This document shows, in pieces, positions 1 to 12,580 of a DNA stretch of 64,000 bases; positions within the stretch are counted from its first letter, which is position 1, and the number at the start of each line of letters is the position of its first letter. Below the pieces are notes generated by a model. It was not told the DNA's origin. It was given only the letters and a program-made list of their open reading frames with translations, and made no database searches. Both the position numbers and the translations under genes were made by a program. Source of the stretch: Phyllosticta citribraziliensis (taxonomy: Eukaryota); NCBI RefSeq assembly GCF_038025025.1, contig NW_027117341.1:2046001-2110000 (forward strand). Reading direction: 5' to 3'.

Positions 1-64
1 TGCGCTGGACGTAGCCGGATGTGCCACTGCCGCGCGGCGTCGAGAGGCCGACGTTGGAGGACAT
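1..64 (-). CDS. CWC21: Pre-mRNA splicing factor Cwc21 (SRRM2-like), 5' end only; runs off the window
   Basis: Reverse strand from ATG at 64 reads MSSNVGLSTPRGSGTSGYVQR, the conserved Cwc21/SRRM2 N-terminal motif. Not in the ORF track. Confidence 0.9.
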   Translation of the reverse strand, partial: MSSNVGLSTPRGSGTSGYVQR

Positions 65-277
65 GTTGGTTGAGGTTGTTGACGGAATAATGAGTGTCGT
101 CGGCTCGGAGGTTTGAGGTTCGCCGCAGCAGGCCGTGGCCAGTGAATTCGTAGCCGCAGCTCCGCAGTGGACGCAGGTAAAGTGCGGCAACAACCTTTTT
201 GCTAGACTCATGCCCCTCCATGACGAACTGTCGCACTCTCTCTTCGACGCTTCTGTTCCTTCGCACTCATCCAGAAA

Positions 278-1702
278 ATGGCAGGCTTTGATGACTCTTC
301 GATATCGCAATCGGCGGAACCGTATACCTCTCTTCCTTTTTCTCCGGTAACCAAGCAGCATATTCTGAATTGCTCGTACCATTCCTGGCATCCACGGTAA
401 AGACTCTTCGCAATTGCGCAAACAACGACGGCAGCTTACCATTTTGACAGCTACCGCAAGGTCACCCCAAAAGCCCGCCTGATCCCTTTGACCGCGCCCT
501 TCCTCTCATACCTACGCGCAGACGGCATTCTTCTGCCCGACGACGACGCCTCTCCGCCGCGCGACTGGTCCGACGACGACAGCGGCATCTTTTCTTCGTC
601 CGAGAATCCAGACGCTGGGGAGGAGAGCGACGATGAAGACCCGTCGGCAGAATGGCGCCACTTGCACTTGCAAATCAAAAACACCATCGAAGAGCTGGGG
701 GGCAAGGTGGTGCCCAAATTGAATTGGAGCGCGCCAAAAGACGCGACATGGATGAATGCTAATAGCATGGACTGCCGCACGCCGAGCGATATCTACCTGC
801 TGCTGAAGAGCAGCGACTTCATCACACACGACCTGGAGCATGCGTTTGACGACACGGAGGAGCCTGCGCAGTCGAATGCAGCAGACGAAGCGCAGGCCGA
901 CCCCGAGATACCCTACCATCTCGTTTTGCGCAAGCACTTTTTGATCAACCCGTCGCTCGAGTTCCGTTGCTTTGTGCGGCGGCGCAATGTTTTGGCCATC
1001 TCTCAACGCGACCTGAACCACTTTGAATTCCTCTTTTCCATGTCCGGCACTCTCCGCTCCCGCATCGCATCTTTCTTCGACGACAATCTGAGAGACACCT
1101 TTCCCGACGAAAACTTCGTCTTCGACGTCTACGTCCCCCCGCCTCACGACAAGGTCTGGCTGATAGACATCAATCCGTGGGCGCAAAGGACGGATCCGCT
1201 GCTGTTTAGCTGGCTGGAGCTCCTCACCATGGACGGGCCCGATTCGGAAGAATGGGTACAGAAGCAAGAGGAGCAAGAGGCCAGAGCAGCAGCGAACGTC
1301 GTGTCCATTCCCATAGCACCAGCTCAGCCAACCGACTCCAGCCCGCCTTCATCCACGGCTGCCCCGGCTTCCAGCAGCCATCAACGCCAAGACGCGGACC
1401 ACGACGACAACGCCTCCGAAGCCTCCACCATTACGCCATCCGACTCGGAGGAGGAGGACGACGACGACGCAGACGAAGAAATCTGGACCCCCGAGATCCG
1501 CCTCGTTAAAAAGGACGACCCCGAAGCCTACAGCTTCGCATCGCCGCAATACAGCGCGCACAAGCTGCCGCGGGACGTTGTCGACGCCAGCCGCGGCGGC
1601 GAGGGCGCCATGCGCGAGTTCGCCGAGCAATGGAAGGAGGTGCTAGCCAGAGCCGAGCGGGGCGACCAGCAGGCCAGCGACAGCGACGGCGATGACGAGT
1701 GA
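278..1702 (+). CDS. CDC123: Cell division cycle protein 123 (eIF2 assembly ATP-grasp protein); exons 278-396, 451-1702
   Basis: Exon 1 gives ..[17 protein letters not shown] intron 397-450 joins in frame to [14 protein letters not shown]123 motifs [45 protein letters not shown]. Confidence 0.95.
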
Positions 1703-2660
1703 GGAGGGACCTAGGGACATGAGGGAGGTTGAGCGGGGCGCCGCCAAACATCTGATGCCGTCGCTGTCGCTGTCGGTGCTCTCCACGGCGCAGCTCGCTG
1801 TGACTTGCCCCACACCGCGTTGCGGCAATTTTGAGAGCAACGTCAAACGTCGCAATCGCCGTCGATTTCCCCTCGCTGCGTGGTCGTTGGGCAGGCGTCT
1901 GCGAACAATGCTGTGAGTTTATTGTGCTCTCCTCAGAAGCTCTCGGGCGAAGGCGAGACTAAGCTACCGTCGAGTGCGGGCAAAGCGGACCCACACCTGT
2001 CCTCAATGCCGCCGGGACACACTCGCCCCGGCCAAAACCCGTGTGTGGGGAACATGGGTGTAAATACATTAAACGAATGTAAATGGCAATCCATGCAAAG
2101 GAACCAAAACCAACCTACCTACTACACAGACACGCGGGAAAAACTCTGCCCGCGTCATTGTGAATATGTTGGCCCGCGAGCGAGTGGGCTCGATCTCCGT
2201 AGTTCGTTGCTTGTTTGCCGATTGCATTTTACCCTGTCTCATTTTTTGACACCGCGGAGCGCGGGGGCAGCAGCACGCCTTTCCGGCCCCCTTTCTATCC
2301 CCCTTACTGAGGCCCCCCTTTCTATCACCCTTGATTACCCACCCCGTCTCGGCCCTCCTCTCTCTCCCCCTTCCTCCGTTACCTATCTATATATCCCCCC
2401 GTCCGTCCATCAATCTATCCCACTCGCCAGAGACTAGGTGCAAGTTTTCCATCGCTCACTGAATCACGCTGCATTGTCGCGCGGGGCAGGCAGGCGACTG
2501 AGCGTGAGAACGACAGAAGACAGCGAGGAATTTACGCGGCGGCATTATTGTAAGAGTGCATGTAGTGGTATTATGGTAGTAGAAGTACATATATACACCC
2601 CCAAAACGTCGAGAAAAGAGGAAAAGGGAGCGCCACAACCCAACGACGACAGACAACCAC

Positions 2661-5600
2661 CTACGCCACAAACTCCATCTTCAACTCAATGCTCGGCCCA
2701 GCCCTGCCGCCCGCCCCCTCCTCCTCCTCCACCTCCCTCCCCGCCTTTCCAGCATCGCCGCGCCCACTCCTAACAACCTCCTCCATGAACCCGCGCGTCT
2801 CGGGCGCCAACCCAGCGACAACGCCGCGGAACGCGACGCCGTCGGCGCCCGCGAGCTCGACCAGGCGGTCGGCCGTCTCGCGCCAGACGGGGCGGCCCTC
2901 GCTCTTGGCGCGCGCGAGCAGCGTGGGCAGGACGAGGCTGACGGCGGCGGGGACGTTGGGGGACGGGAGTGTGGAGGGGAGGAGGGTCAGGGCGTGTGCG
3001 AGGAGGGAGCGCGATTCGTCGAGCGATTCGAGGGGTGTCGGATGTGTGAGGAAGGGGATGAGGTGCGGGAGGAGGAGTTTGGCGAGGGCGGATGGCGTCG
3101 TTGGCGCCGCCCCACTGCTATCACCACCAGCGCCGACGTCCGCGGCGCCCTTCTTGGGCAGCAGCAGCAGCGAGCGGCAGCAGTTTGCCGCGACCTTGCT
3201 CGTGACGCGGTTGCCGAGGCAGTCGACGAGCTCGTCGACGAAGCGCGCGAGCAGCGGGTCCGATGGGTCGAAGACGTTGGGGGCCGACGAGAGCAGGATC
3301 GTGCTCGCCAGCACCGTGTTCTTCTCGCACTGCGGGGCGGCTTCGAATTCGCGCTTTTGCGCATTCTTGATGATGAGCAGGAAGCGGTCGATTGTGCTGC
3401 GCAGCTGGGCCTGCGTCTCTTCTTGCATGGGGTGCGCGGGGTTGTAGGACGATGCGAGACTGGCGACGAAGCGCCGGAAGATGGGGAGGACTTGTGGGAC
3501 GACGAGCGCTTGCGTCGAGGGTGTGGAGAGGATGGTGACGAAGATTTGCAGGAGGCAGGCATGTAGGTCGGTGCGGATGATGGAGGGGAAGACGCCAGCA
3601 GCGTCGACCAGGGCAGCTAGAGCGTGGTTGATGAGGGTAGTAGACTCGTCCGTGAGAGTGTGGCGGGCTGCCAATTATGTTAGTGTCTTTCATCTCCTTT
3701 GCCGCGCCAGACGTACCTTGCGTGTTGTTATCACCAATACCCGGCACCAAGCCCGCCAGAACAAGTACAATGATGCGCGTCAGCTCAAACAGCTGCTCAA
3801 TGTCATCCGACAGCGTCTCCTCGCCATTGGGATCAGGACCCCTCTGCGCACTTGGATGACCCAGGCACAAATTCCGCGCAATCTCCACAATGACCTCCTG
3901 CACCTCCAAGCCCTCGGTGAGGACCAGGCGGTCCAGCATGTCCATCGTCTCCGAAAACACAACCTCTTGGTAGATGGCGTGCCCAGAGACGCTAGGCTTG
4001 AGAATGTTCTTGAGCGCTCTCAGAATCTCGAGCGTCTGCGCGCTCTGAGTCTTGGTGTCGCTGGATGACGGCCGCCCGCTAGTCACCAACGCTTCAAAAG
4101 CGAGGCCAAACAAGACGAAGAAAAAGGCCACAGGCTCATCGCGGTAGTTGATGTCAGCAGCCGGTTTACGGGTTGGGGCAGCGCTTGATTCCCCCTCGTC
4201 GTCTCCAACCTCGGTCTTGCCATCCAACGCATCAAACACAAACTCAGAGTCCTCGTCAATCAGGCTGGCAATGGCGTCGACGAGGTTGAGCCAAGAGTCT
4301 TGGTAAAACTAGCACAATGTCAGTCATCTCCATTTCGACAGACAAGAGAGCAAGTCAACATACCTTCAAAAGCGTCTCGCGATTCAACGCCGCATAGATC
4401 GTATCCAAGCTACCGCTCAAGCTCCCCGTCACCGCACCACTAGCTTGAACGTCGGGCTCAAAGCGCAGTCTAGCAAACTCCCGCAAGCTACTCAGCCACA
4501 GCGGCGTCAGCTTCGCCACATACGGCTTGACGACGTCAACCAGGTAGCGCTGCTCCTTGCTCGCAATCTGCAGTTCGGCCCACGCCGAAAACACGGCCAT
4601 CTTGACCATGACCTGCGCGTTACTGCTCAAACTCTTCAAGTCGCCGATGCTCGCAGTTTCTGATTCAGACGAAAAGTTTTCGAGAGCTTGCACGAGGAGC
4701 TTGAGGATGCGGCCCATGCGATCCACGTCGGTCACGATGCCCGTGGATATAAAGGTCGCGCAGACGGAGACGGCCTCGGCAGCAAGCTCAGGGCTAGAAT
4801 CCGCCGCGAAAGCAGGCGTCAGGGCCGAACCAATCTGCGCCTGGTACTGCTCCAGCAGCGGCGCCTCGGGAAAGTCTGGGTCAGGCGTCTTGCCAAACGT
4901 CTTGAGCACCTGGTCGACGATGCGCAAACCACGCAGACGCAGCTGCGCAACGCCAGCAGTGGAAGCGGTGAAACCAATACGCACAATGTCTGCAATGCGG
5001 CTCTGGAGCGCTTGTTGCGGCGCAATGTCGTCGCCGTGGATTGCTGCCTCATGGCCAACAATGTTGAGAAGTTCGGATAGGAGATCCATGGCAAAGCTGC
5101 GGACTTGCCAATTCAGCAGCTCTTGCGCGGAGCTGCCAACCGCGGCCGAGTCTTCTTCCTTGGCGCCAGACGCAGCTGCAAATCCAGCAACCTCGTCATC
5201 CACCAAGTCTGGCACTCCACCCGTAGCCACAGCTTTGGGCTTTGACGGCGTTTTGGGACCTTTGCCATCCTCCGAGCGACGAATGGTTTTGGTGAGTACG
5301 GCGTTGCAACGCTGCACCCAGTCCCCAGTATGGGAGAGAGCAGTTTGATGGAGCCAGTTGCGCATCATGGAATTGATGACGTCCAGGTCAGGGTTTTGGT
5401 TGAGTATGAGCCAGAGGGTGTCTTCGAGACCGGGATTGGCGGTCCGAATGATTTCCTCTGCGTTACGGCGCATCAGATTGTGCAAACCATCGATCGCCAT
5501 GTCCCTGATGAGCGAGGACGAAGAATCCAAGTCCCGCTGCAGTCGATCGACATAGGCAGAGAATTCCATATGTCCAGGTGCATACAATGACAGGTGCTCT

Positions 5601-8600
5601 TCGCACCGGAGTCCCTCGACAAACACTAAGAGTTCCTCCTCGGATTGGAATTTGGTAATGAGTGCCATGATGAGGTCGCGAGCTTTAGACAGGTCTTGCA
5701 AGTCGGGACCGAGCACATTGACGATGCTATCAACGCAGCGAGCCAGGACCGCAGGCGTAGGGAGGTCGGTCTCAATGTTTGAAGACGCCAAAGACGCAAC
5801 CTGCTCATTGTGCGTCTCGGAAACGTAGAGCTGTGCTATCATGCCAAGGGTGCTCGTGACGTAGCCCGAGAAGCTGAGGCCGGCCGAGTCTGCGACCCTA
5901 GACAGGCTATCCAAAGCCCAAAAGTGGACCGATGGGTGTGGATCGCTCGCAAGAGACATGAGGATCCCCAAAATGCTCTTGAGGTGGAAGCCAGCAGCCA
6001 TGCCGCCGAGCTGGGAGTGGATGGCACCGAGAGAGACGGCACAGCCAGCTCGCACATTGGGATCCCTGTTGGCTACAATCGTGTCGATCAGGTAGTTGAT
6101 TTCGGTGGTGGTGAAAGTGTTGCCAGAACTGCTGCTGAGGCGACCCAGTGCCTCTCCAGCAATATGGCGAACATATTGGTCGGAATCTACAATGAAAGAC
6201 TTGGAAATGTCAGCTCCCAAAAATGCAAATTTAAAGATCGACCACTTACGTGGAGTAACTCCTGCAAAGCTTTCTCAACAGCAGCACTCTTCAAATCACC
6301 TGGCGGACTCGTAGTCTCCTTATTTGCAACCTTGAGCGCGCCCAAGAGCGCCGTAGCGATATTGACCGTCATGGCCGCCTTCCTGGCCGGATCTCGAATC
6401 AAACTGCCGGCCGACAAAAAGGACGTGATTTGCTCCAAGAGGCTCTCCTGAACCTTGGGAGTCTGCAGCGGCAGCAAAATGGCAAATAGACTCAAGGCAG
6501 CATTGACCACCTCGGTGGCGGGCGGGTCAGGCAGCTCGTTCAGATCAACGCTGCCATCCCTCCGAATGTATAACGATATCGAGTCATGCTCGCTCGCATT
6601 GCAGATGGGAGAGAGAAGGACAGCATCGGCAGCATACTCGGGGCCCGGTTTCGAAGTCCAATGCCTGTTCCCCCTGTCGCCGACTTCTCCAGCAAGAGGT
6701 TTGATGTCAAACCCCCTGACCAAACCCGTCACGCCGAATCCAGAATTGTCGCCAACTTCCCAGATACTCTCAAACGTGCTGGCAGAACTGGCGATGCTGG
6801 CGCTGACGCTGTTGGTTGAGAGGCCATAGTTGTCAGGGTCTGCAAAGCTGGCGACGGCCAGCGGAAGAAGATTCGTTTGCAGGAGCATGTCGGAGCTGCC
6901 GGCAGGGCTGAGATTCACCAACTTGGTGTAGCATTGCAGCACGCGGCGGCGAACCATGAGGTCGAGATCGTGGAGTTGTAAAGCAGGGGAGAGGCGCTGC
7001 GACATTTCCTCGGTCGTCTTTTTAGCTGGCAAAGAGTTGAGGAACAAGGTCGTGTTCTGGAGCATAGCAGCAAGACGCTTGGTCACGTCGGCCGTAAGGA
7101 GGCGGCTGTTGAACTCCAAAAAGGTCAAGACAGAGCCGAGGGCGCACTCGCGCACGTGGGTCAGGAACGATAGGTCTAGGAGGTTGCGCGAGACGATGCT
7201 GTCCTTGTTCAGCGGCTTGGGAAGAGCGTTCTTCCAAAGCAGGAGCAGCTGGGAAAGATGAATCTTGACAAAGTTGGGCCCCAGGGTCATGAGCCCTCCA
7301 ATAAGAATCCATGCCACCTGTATCTGAGTGCTGGAAATTCTGAGGTCGGACCCGCTGCTGCTCTTGAGAAGCGTAGTAGCTTGTTGCAAGACTCTCGAGT
7401 TGACGTCGACGGAGCCGTACAGCGGCTGCGACGACGTTGTGCTCAACACCGCGGACAAGCCATTCGCCAGGCCGACACATTTCCGTGGAGATGGTCTCGG
7501 CCCTGTGAGTTGGCCCAATTCCCTGTTGACGCTATTCATACAAATCGTGACAGCAGGAATGAGCTGTTGTGGACATGCGACTACAAAAGCACGCAGACAT
7601 GAGGATGTATGGACTTGGACGGTGTAACTCGGATGCTGCAGTACGCCAATCAGGGCATCTCTACACATGTCGGCAACTGAGTTGACCGCGGAGCCCAAGC
7701 TGTTCATGAGAGAGGTAAGGGCGGTCAAAGTGCCGGTAAGAACCTGCTTACTCGGCTCGGGGCGCTCCTTCAGCGTCTGAGGATAGTCCTTTAGAATCTC
7801 GTTTACAAGGAACCTGGCAGCATTCAGCTGGCCCGTCTCGCCCAAGATTTGGCGGCCGACGACTTCCTCCAAGACTAGACGAACGAATCTGCGGGTTATG
7901 AGCTGGCGATATCGGTTGTTGGAGATCGTATGCGCGCCGAGCAGCTCGACAAACAAGTGTTTCGCAATTTCGCCATACTTGGTCTCGACCACACCCTTGG
8001 GCAGGCCCTTGACTATTTTGATGTAGCACACTGCTATGCCAGTTCTCGTCCTGTTGCTCGTGGCGCTCTTGCAGTACTGCGTACTCAGCTGCTTGAGCAA
8101 GTCCGTAAGCGAAAAGGCTAATTGTGTGACGGGCTTTCCCGGCGCCGGGCTGCCTGGTCTCTCGTTCACGTCCTCGTCAGCATCAGCAATTGCCATGCTC
8201 TGCCGCTTCGTCTTCTTTGGCTTTTTGACCTTGGGCACAGCATCCGCTTGCGGATGCTCCGAATAGCTCTTGACCAAGGCCGACGACAAGGTGCTGGCGG
8301 CTGCATGCCGGACCGTAGGACTGTTGTTGTCGATTGCTTTCCACACCACGCTCGAGAGCTTCTCAAAGTCGCCCGAATTGTCAAAGTGCGTCGTGGCGCA
8401 CACCAGCTGCTCCAAGCACCATGCAGCGCTAGCTTGCACGCTCGCGCTGCGGTCCGAGCTAGCCGCCGTCCGCGCCTGTTTCCAAATGTCTCTTGCGACG
8501 ACTTCGTCTAGCAGTCCGGCGACTCCCTTGGCGACCTTGCCCAGCGCCCTGAAGACGCTGCTGCGGTACCCTGTGTGGCTCTGCGCCGCTTTGATTTGCT

Positions 8601-9102
8601 TTAGGATCGTCTGTGCAGCCAATCCCGAGGGCCCAATGGCACTGTCGCCTGCAGCTTCGAAGACGGCGCCCAGGCAGTGGACGGCCGCATGGCGGGTCTT
8701 GAGCTCCTTGTCCGATTTGCCGCTCGTGGTGAGGATGCTGACAAGCTCGTTGATGGTCTCAAAGAGAAGCTTGCGGTCACCCTTGGCAAAAACGTCACCA
8801 AGTGCGCGACCCACGTTGGCGCGAATAACGCGAGTAGGGGCGGGAGAGGACAGCGTGACGACTTTGAAAGCCTCCTTCTTGATGTAAACCTGGTGGGCAG
8901 AGGCGCCGTCATGGTCGAGGCGAGCGGCGAGTCGCGCGAGGTCGGTCGTAAATGTGAGCAGGTAGAGCTCCTGCTGCTCAGAGGGCAGGGCGTGCAGCTT
9001 GGTCACGTCGAGGTCGGTGTTTGTTGAGGAGGCGGACGCATTGACAGTCGTGGAGCTGCTCGAAGGCGGAGGGGCAGGCCCCGCGGAGTCGGTGGAGGCC
9101 AT
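2661..9102 (-). CDS. LAA1: Large HEAT-repeat AP-1 accessory protein, Laa1/Sip1/HEATR5 family (~2095 aa); exons 9102-6250, 6199-4364, 4308-3717, 3667-2661
   Basis: Four ORF-track segments joined in frame by three GT-AG introns (6200-6249, 4309-4363, 3668-3716). HEAT-like helical sequence throughout; HEATR5-type motifs LLLLWKNALPK, LLEQYQAQIGSAL and a C-terminal SIELKMEF. Confidence 0.85.
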
Positions 9103-9353
9103 TGCGAGGAGCGAGAGTAGGGATTGCGAGTCTGGCGTCACGTCGGGTATCTCATGAGGCAAGTCGAAGACGTGAAGCGAGAGAGGGCGGGTGTAGTGAG
9201 CGACGTGGTTGAGATGGTGTTGGAGTTGCGGTCTGGCACCTCCGAGCTCGAGGCCGCAAGACGCTACGGGGGGCTTCGCGCGCCAATCACTGCCCAAGAA
9301 GTTCTCCGTCCTGCAGTCCAGCTCTCTCCACAGAAAATCACCAGCTTTCCGCC

Positions 9354-10299
9354 ATGTCCATTCCCACCCCGCGGCTGCTATTGAGGAGCTTTGGCTTTGG
9401 CAGTCATGTCTGCCGGGCATGCCAGAGGGGCTTGGCGACGTCGGCGCGGCTGCAATCAGGGCACAACAAGTGGTCGACCATCAAGCACGACAAGGCCAAA
9501 AAGGACGCGCAAATGACCAAGCAGCGCTCATCCACCTCCCACGCCATATCGCTTGCAGTTAAACGTAAGCAATTGGGCTGCCTGGTGCCGGTTGGTTGCC
9601 GCTAATGTTGCTCCAGTGGGCGGCCCTGACCCAAACTTGAACCCGCGCCTCGCCCTCGCCATTCAAGTCGCAAAAAAAGCATCCATCCCCAAGAACATTA
9701 TCGAACAAGCTGTTCGGCGGGGTCAAGGTGTATCTGCGACCGGCGCCGCCCTTGAGCCCGTCACCCTCGAAGCAATGCTGCCCGGATCCGTCGCCGTCAT
9801 GATTGACTGCGAAGCCGAGTCCAGAAACCGCACCCTGGCAGACCTACGCCTCGTTGTCAAAAGAGCGGGAGGCAACGCATCATCTGTCAGCTTCATGTTC
9901 ACGAGAAAGGGTCGGATAGAGTACAAGGCGAAGGAGGGCGTAGATTCAGAACACATTCTGGAAGCCGCACTGGAGGCTGGAGCGTTGGACGTTGAGGATG
10001 GCGAGGACGGGGCAACAGTAGTCTTTGCGGAACCGTCAGAGACCAAGGCCGTGGCAGAAAAGGTTGCCCAAGCTGTGGGTCTGGAGATTGACCAGATGGA
10101 TATCCTCTGGGTGCCCAATGAGGACACTCAGGTGGCGCTCTCCACAGACGAAGAGGCGGAAGAGTTGACCAAGTTCGTTGACCAGCTCAAGGAGGTGGCA
10201 CCCGTGCTGGGCGTGCAAGCCGTCTACTGGAACTGCAAGCAGGGTGGCGTGAGCGACGCGGCATGGGAGGAGCTGGTCGAAAAGGTCGAGGATTTTTAA
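9354..10299 (+). CDS. TACO1: YebC/TACO1-family protein, probably mitochondrial; exons 9354-9564, 9617-10299
   Basis: Presequence-like N-terminus, then SGHNKWSTIKHDK and GGPDPNLNPRLALAI (YebC signature). GT-AG intron 9565-9616. Confidence 0.9.
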
Positions 10300-10446
10300 C
10301 ATGGCTGAGAGTAGAGATGTACACATGTATAGATGTAGATAAGTCCGTAGACTGCTGTCGGATATCAAGTAGAAACCCCGCTCCATGCCCCCCAAACGCC
10401 AATCATGCAGTCCTGCGCCTTCTTTTTCACTCTAGCCCACCCATTA

Positions 10447-10877
10447 TTAATCTTTCTTGGGCCATGCCCCGCCAAACCACCCACTGCCAGACTGAGACTG
10501 CTGAGCCTCGGCGGCCTGCGACTGGCGCAACCGCTGAAAGTCGGCCACGGCCTTTTCATAGTCTTCGTGCGCCTTCTTGGCCTCGTCGCTTTGCCCCTCG
10601 CCAGCCAGCCTGTTCTCGCGCAACGCCAGACGGCGGGCCTTCATGCGCGCCAGCTCGGATTGTATCTCGTCCTTTTCGAAGGGAATCTTGTGGGTTTGGT
10701 GCTCCTTGGGCCAGAAGTCGGGGACGCTGAAGCGCTCTTCGAGGTTGGTGCCGAAATACCACATGTAGCCAATGGGGAAGAGAATGTAGAGGCCGAACTG
10801 GAGCGAGGGTTAGTGTCGATGTTGCCGAGTGCGGCCGTAAGATTTACTTTGAAGACTTCGAGATTGGGGTTGCCCAT
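10447..10877 (-). CDS. PET100: Cytochrome c oxidase assembly protein Pet100; exons 10877-10848, 10797-10447
   Basis: Spliced product MGNPNLEVFK-FGLYILFPIGYMWYFGTNLEERFSVPDFWP..EIQSELARMK matches the Pet100 family. Intron 10798-10847. Confidence 0.9.
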
Positions 10878-11375
10878 CTTGACGCAAGTTGGGAGGAGAG
10901 GGCTAGGTGTGAAGATTGAAGGGGTGGCGGCCTGTGGTGGGGAGAGGAGAGGTTCTGGCGAACAGCGAATGCGATGGGCTCGAATGATGATGGAACAGCA
11001 GCGGCATGATTCGGCAGTGCAGCGCAGCGCAGCGCAATGGCAGAAAGGGACGCGACTGACCGCCGGAGATGGAGAAGCAGCTGATCCGATGGGCATCGAT
11101 AAGATAACCTTATTCTGGCGTCAAGTCAGCTGTGAGCGGAACCTCGGTTCTCCACGACGTCGCCGCCCAGGGATTCGTGATCACCGCGGCCCACGGTCAA
11201 CGCGACGTACAATGTTGTCGCCGACTCCGCTCTGATCTCCGCTGCCACGACTCTTCTTTTAATGCGTGTTCTTCTCCTTATCTAGACTTCAACTCCCTTC
11301 CAGATACCCCTCAGTTTTGCCCGCCCTCTAACGGAATACCAACCCAAGCTTCCAATTACCTACCTCTGCAGCACC

Positions 11376-12265
11376 ATGGCTACCATCAACCCCGAAGAGG
11401 CCGTCACCCTCGAGGTGCGCGGCAGGGTCGCCCTCATCACCCTCAACCAGCCAAAGAAGCTCAATGCCATGAACCAAGACCTCTACTTCCGCCTGGCCCA
11501 GCTGCTGAATGAAATCGCCAAACGCGATGACGTCTTTGTGACACTTCTCGCCGGCACAGGACGCTTTTTCTCTGCGTTAGTGCCTCCACGCTCCCGCTGT
11601 CAACCACCTCCACCTCACTAACGCATTTCACCTGTCACAGAGGCGCCGACGTGTCCATCTCGCGCGAGCCGCCCGAGGCCGAAGCGTCTCCCGAGCGCTA
11701 CTACCTGCGCGGCTTCGTCGCCAACAACCTGTTCGTCACGCGCGCCTTCTACACGCACCCCAAGATCCTGGTGACGGCGCTCAACGGGCCCGTCGTGGGG
11801 CTGACGGCCGCCATCATCGCCTTCTCCGACTTCATCTACGCCGCGCCCCACGCCTTCTTCCTGACGCCCTTCTCGTCGCTGGGCCTCGTCGCCGAGGGCG
11901 GCGCCAGCCGCGCCGTCGTCCAGCGCATGGGCGTCGCCAAGGCCAAGGAGGCCCTCATCATGAGCAAGCGCATCTCCGCCGACGAGATGCTGCAGACGGG
12001 CTTCGTCAACAAGATCATCGATGCGGGCGGCGACGCGCAGAAGTTTACCGACCTCGTGCTTGCGGAGGTTGATGAGCGGCTGGGCCCGCATCTGGTGCAG
12101 GACAGCCTGACGGGCATCAAGGCGCTGCTGCAGAAGCACGAGAAGGATATTTTGGATCTGCAGAACGTCGAGGAGGTGTTTGGCGGCTTGGAGAGGTTCA
12201 AGAAGGGCATCCCGCAGAGCGAGTTTGCGAAGATTGCCAGCGGCGCCAAGAGGCACAAGCTCTAG
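11376..12265 (+). CDS. ECI1: Peroxisomal delta3,delta2-enoyl-CoA isomerase (crotonase fold); exons 11376-11575, 11641-12265
   Basis: PKKLNA, GRFFSAGADV (across intron 11576-11640), ALNGPVVG, GLVAEGG; C-terminal HKL PTS1-type signal. Confidence 0.9.
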
Positions 12266-12580
12266 ATCTTTCGGGTCGTTGGTGGGTGAGATTGAGCGGC
12301 TGGCACTGGGCGCAACTGAGAGCCCATTCACTTGGCCGGAGGTTGAGTTTACGCTGACAGGCGGATGGCATTCCACTTGGATCTGATAAGTCTTCCTCAG
12401 ACTAGTCCAGCAGTACGTTGATGAACACCACCACGACGTCTGCCAGACAGGGCGAATTGACGAACTAAATGAACATTACTTATCCAATACCCTACCTACA
12501 ACGCCCGTTGCACCCTGGAGATTTAAACAGTGTCCTAGCCATCCAGTCCTCCCGTCTCTCCTCCTTTCCCATCCCTTTTT

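Noticed and set aside
1880..2773. ORFs of 185 and 111 aa between CDC123 and LAA1
   Set aside because: Non-ATG starts and low-complexity 3'-flank sequence between convergent genes.
6187..9420. ORF-track N-terminal extension of LAA1 from 9420
   Set aside because: It overlaps the TACO1 start on the other strand; ATG 9102 (MASTDS) is the plausible start.
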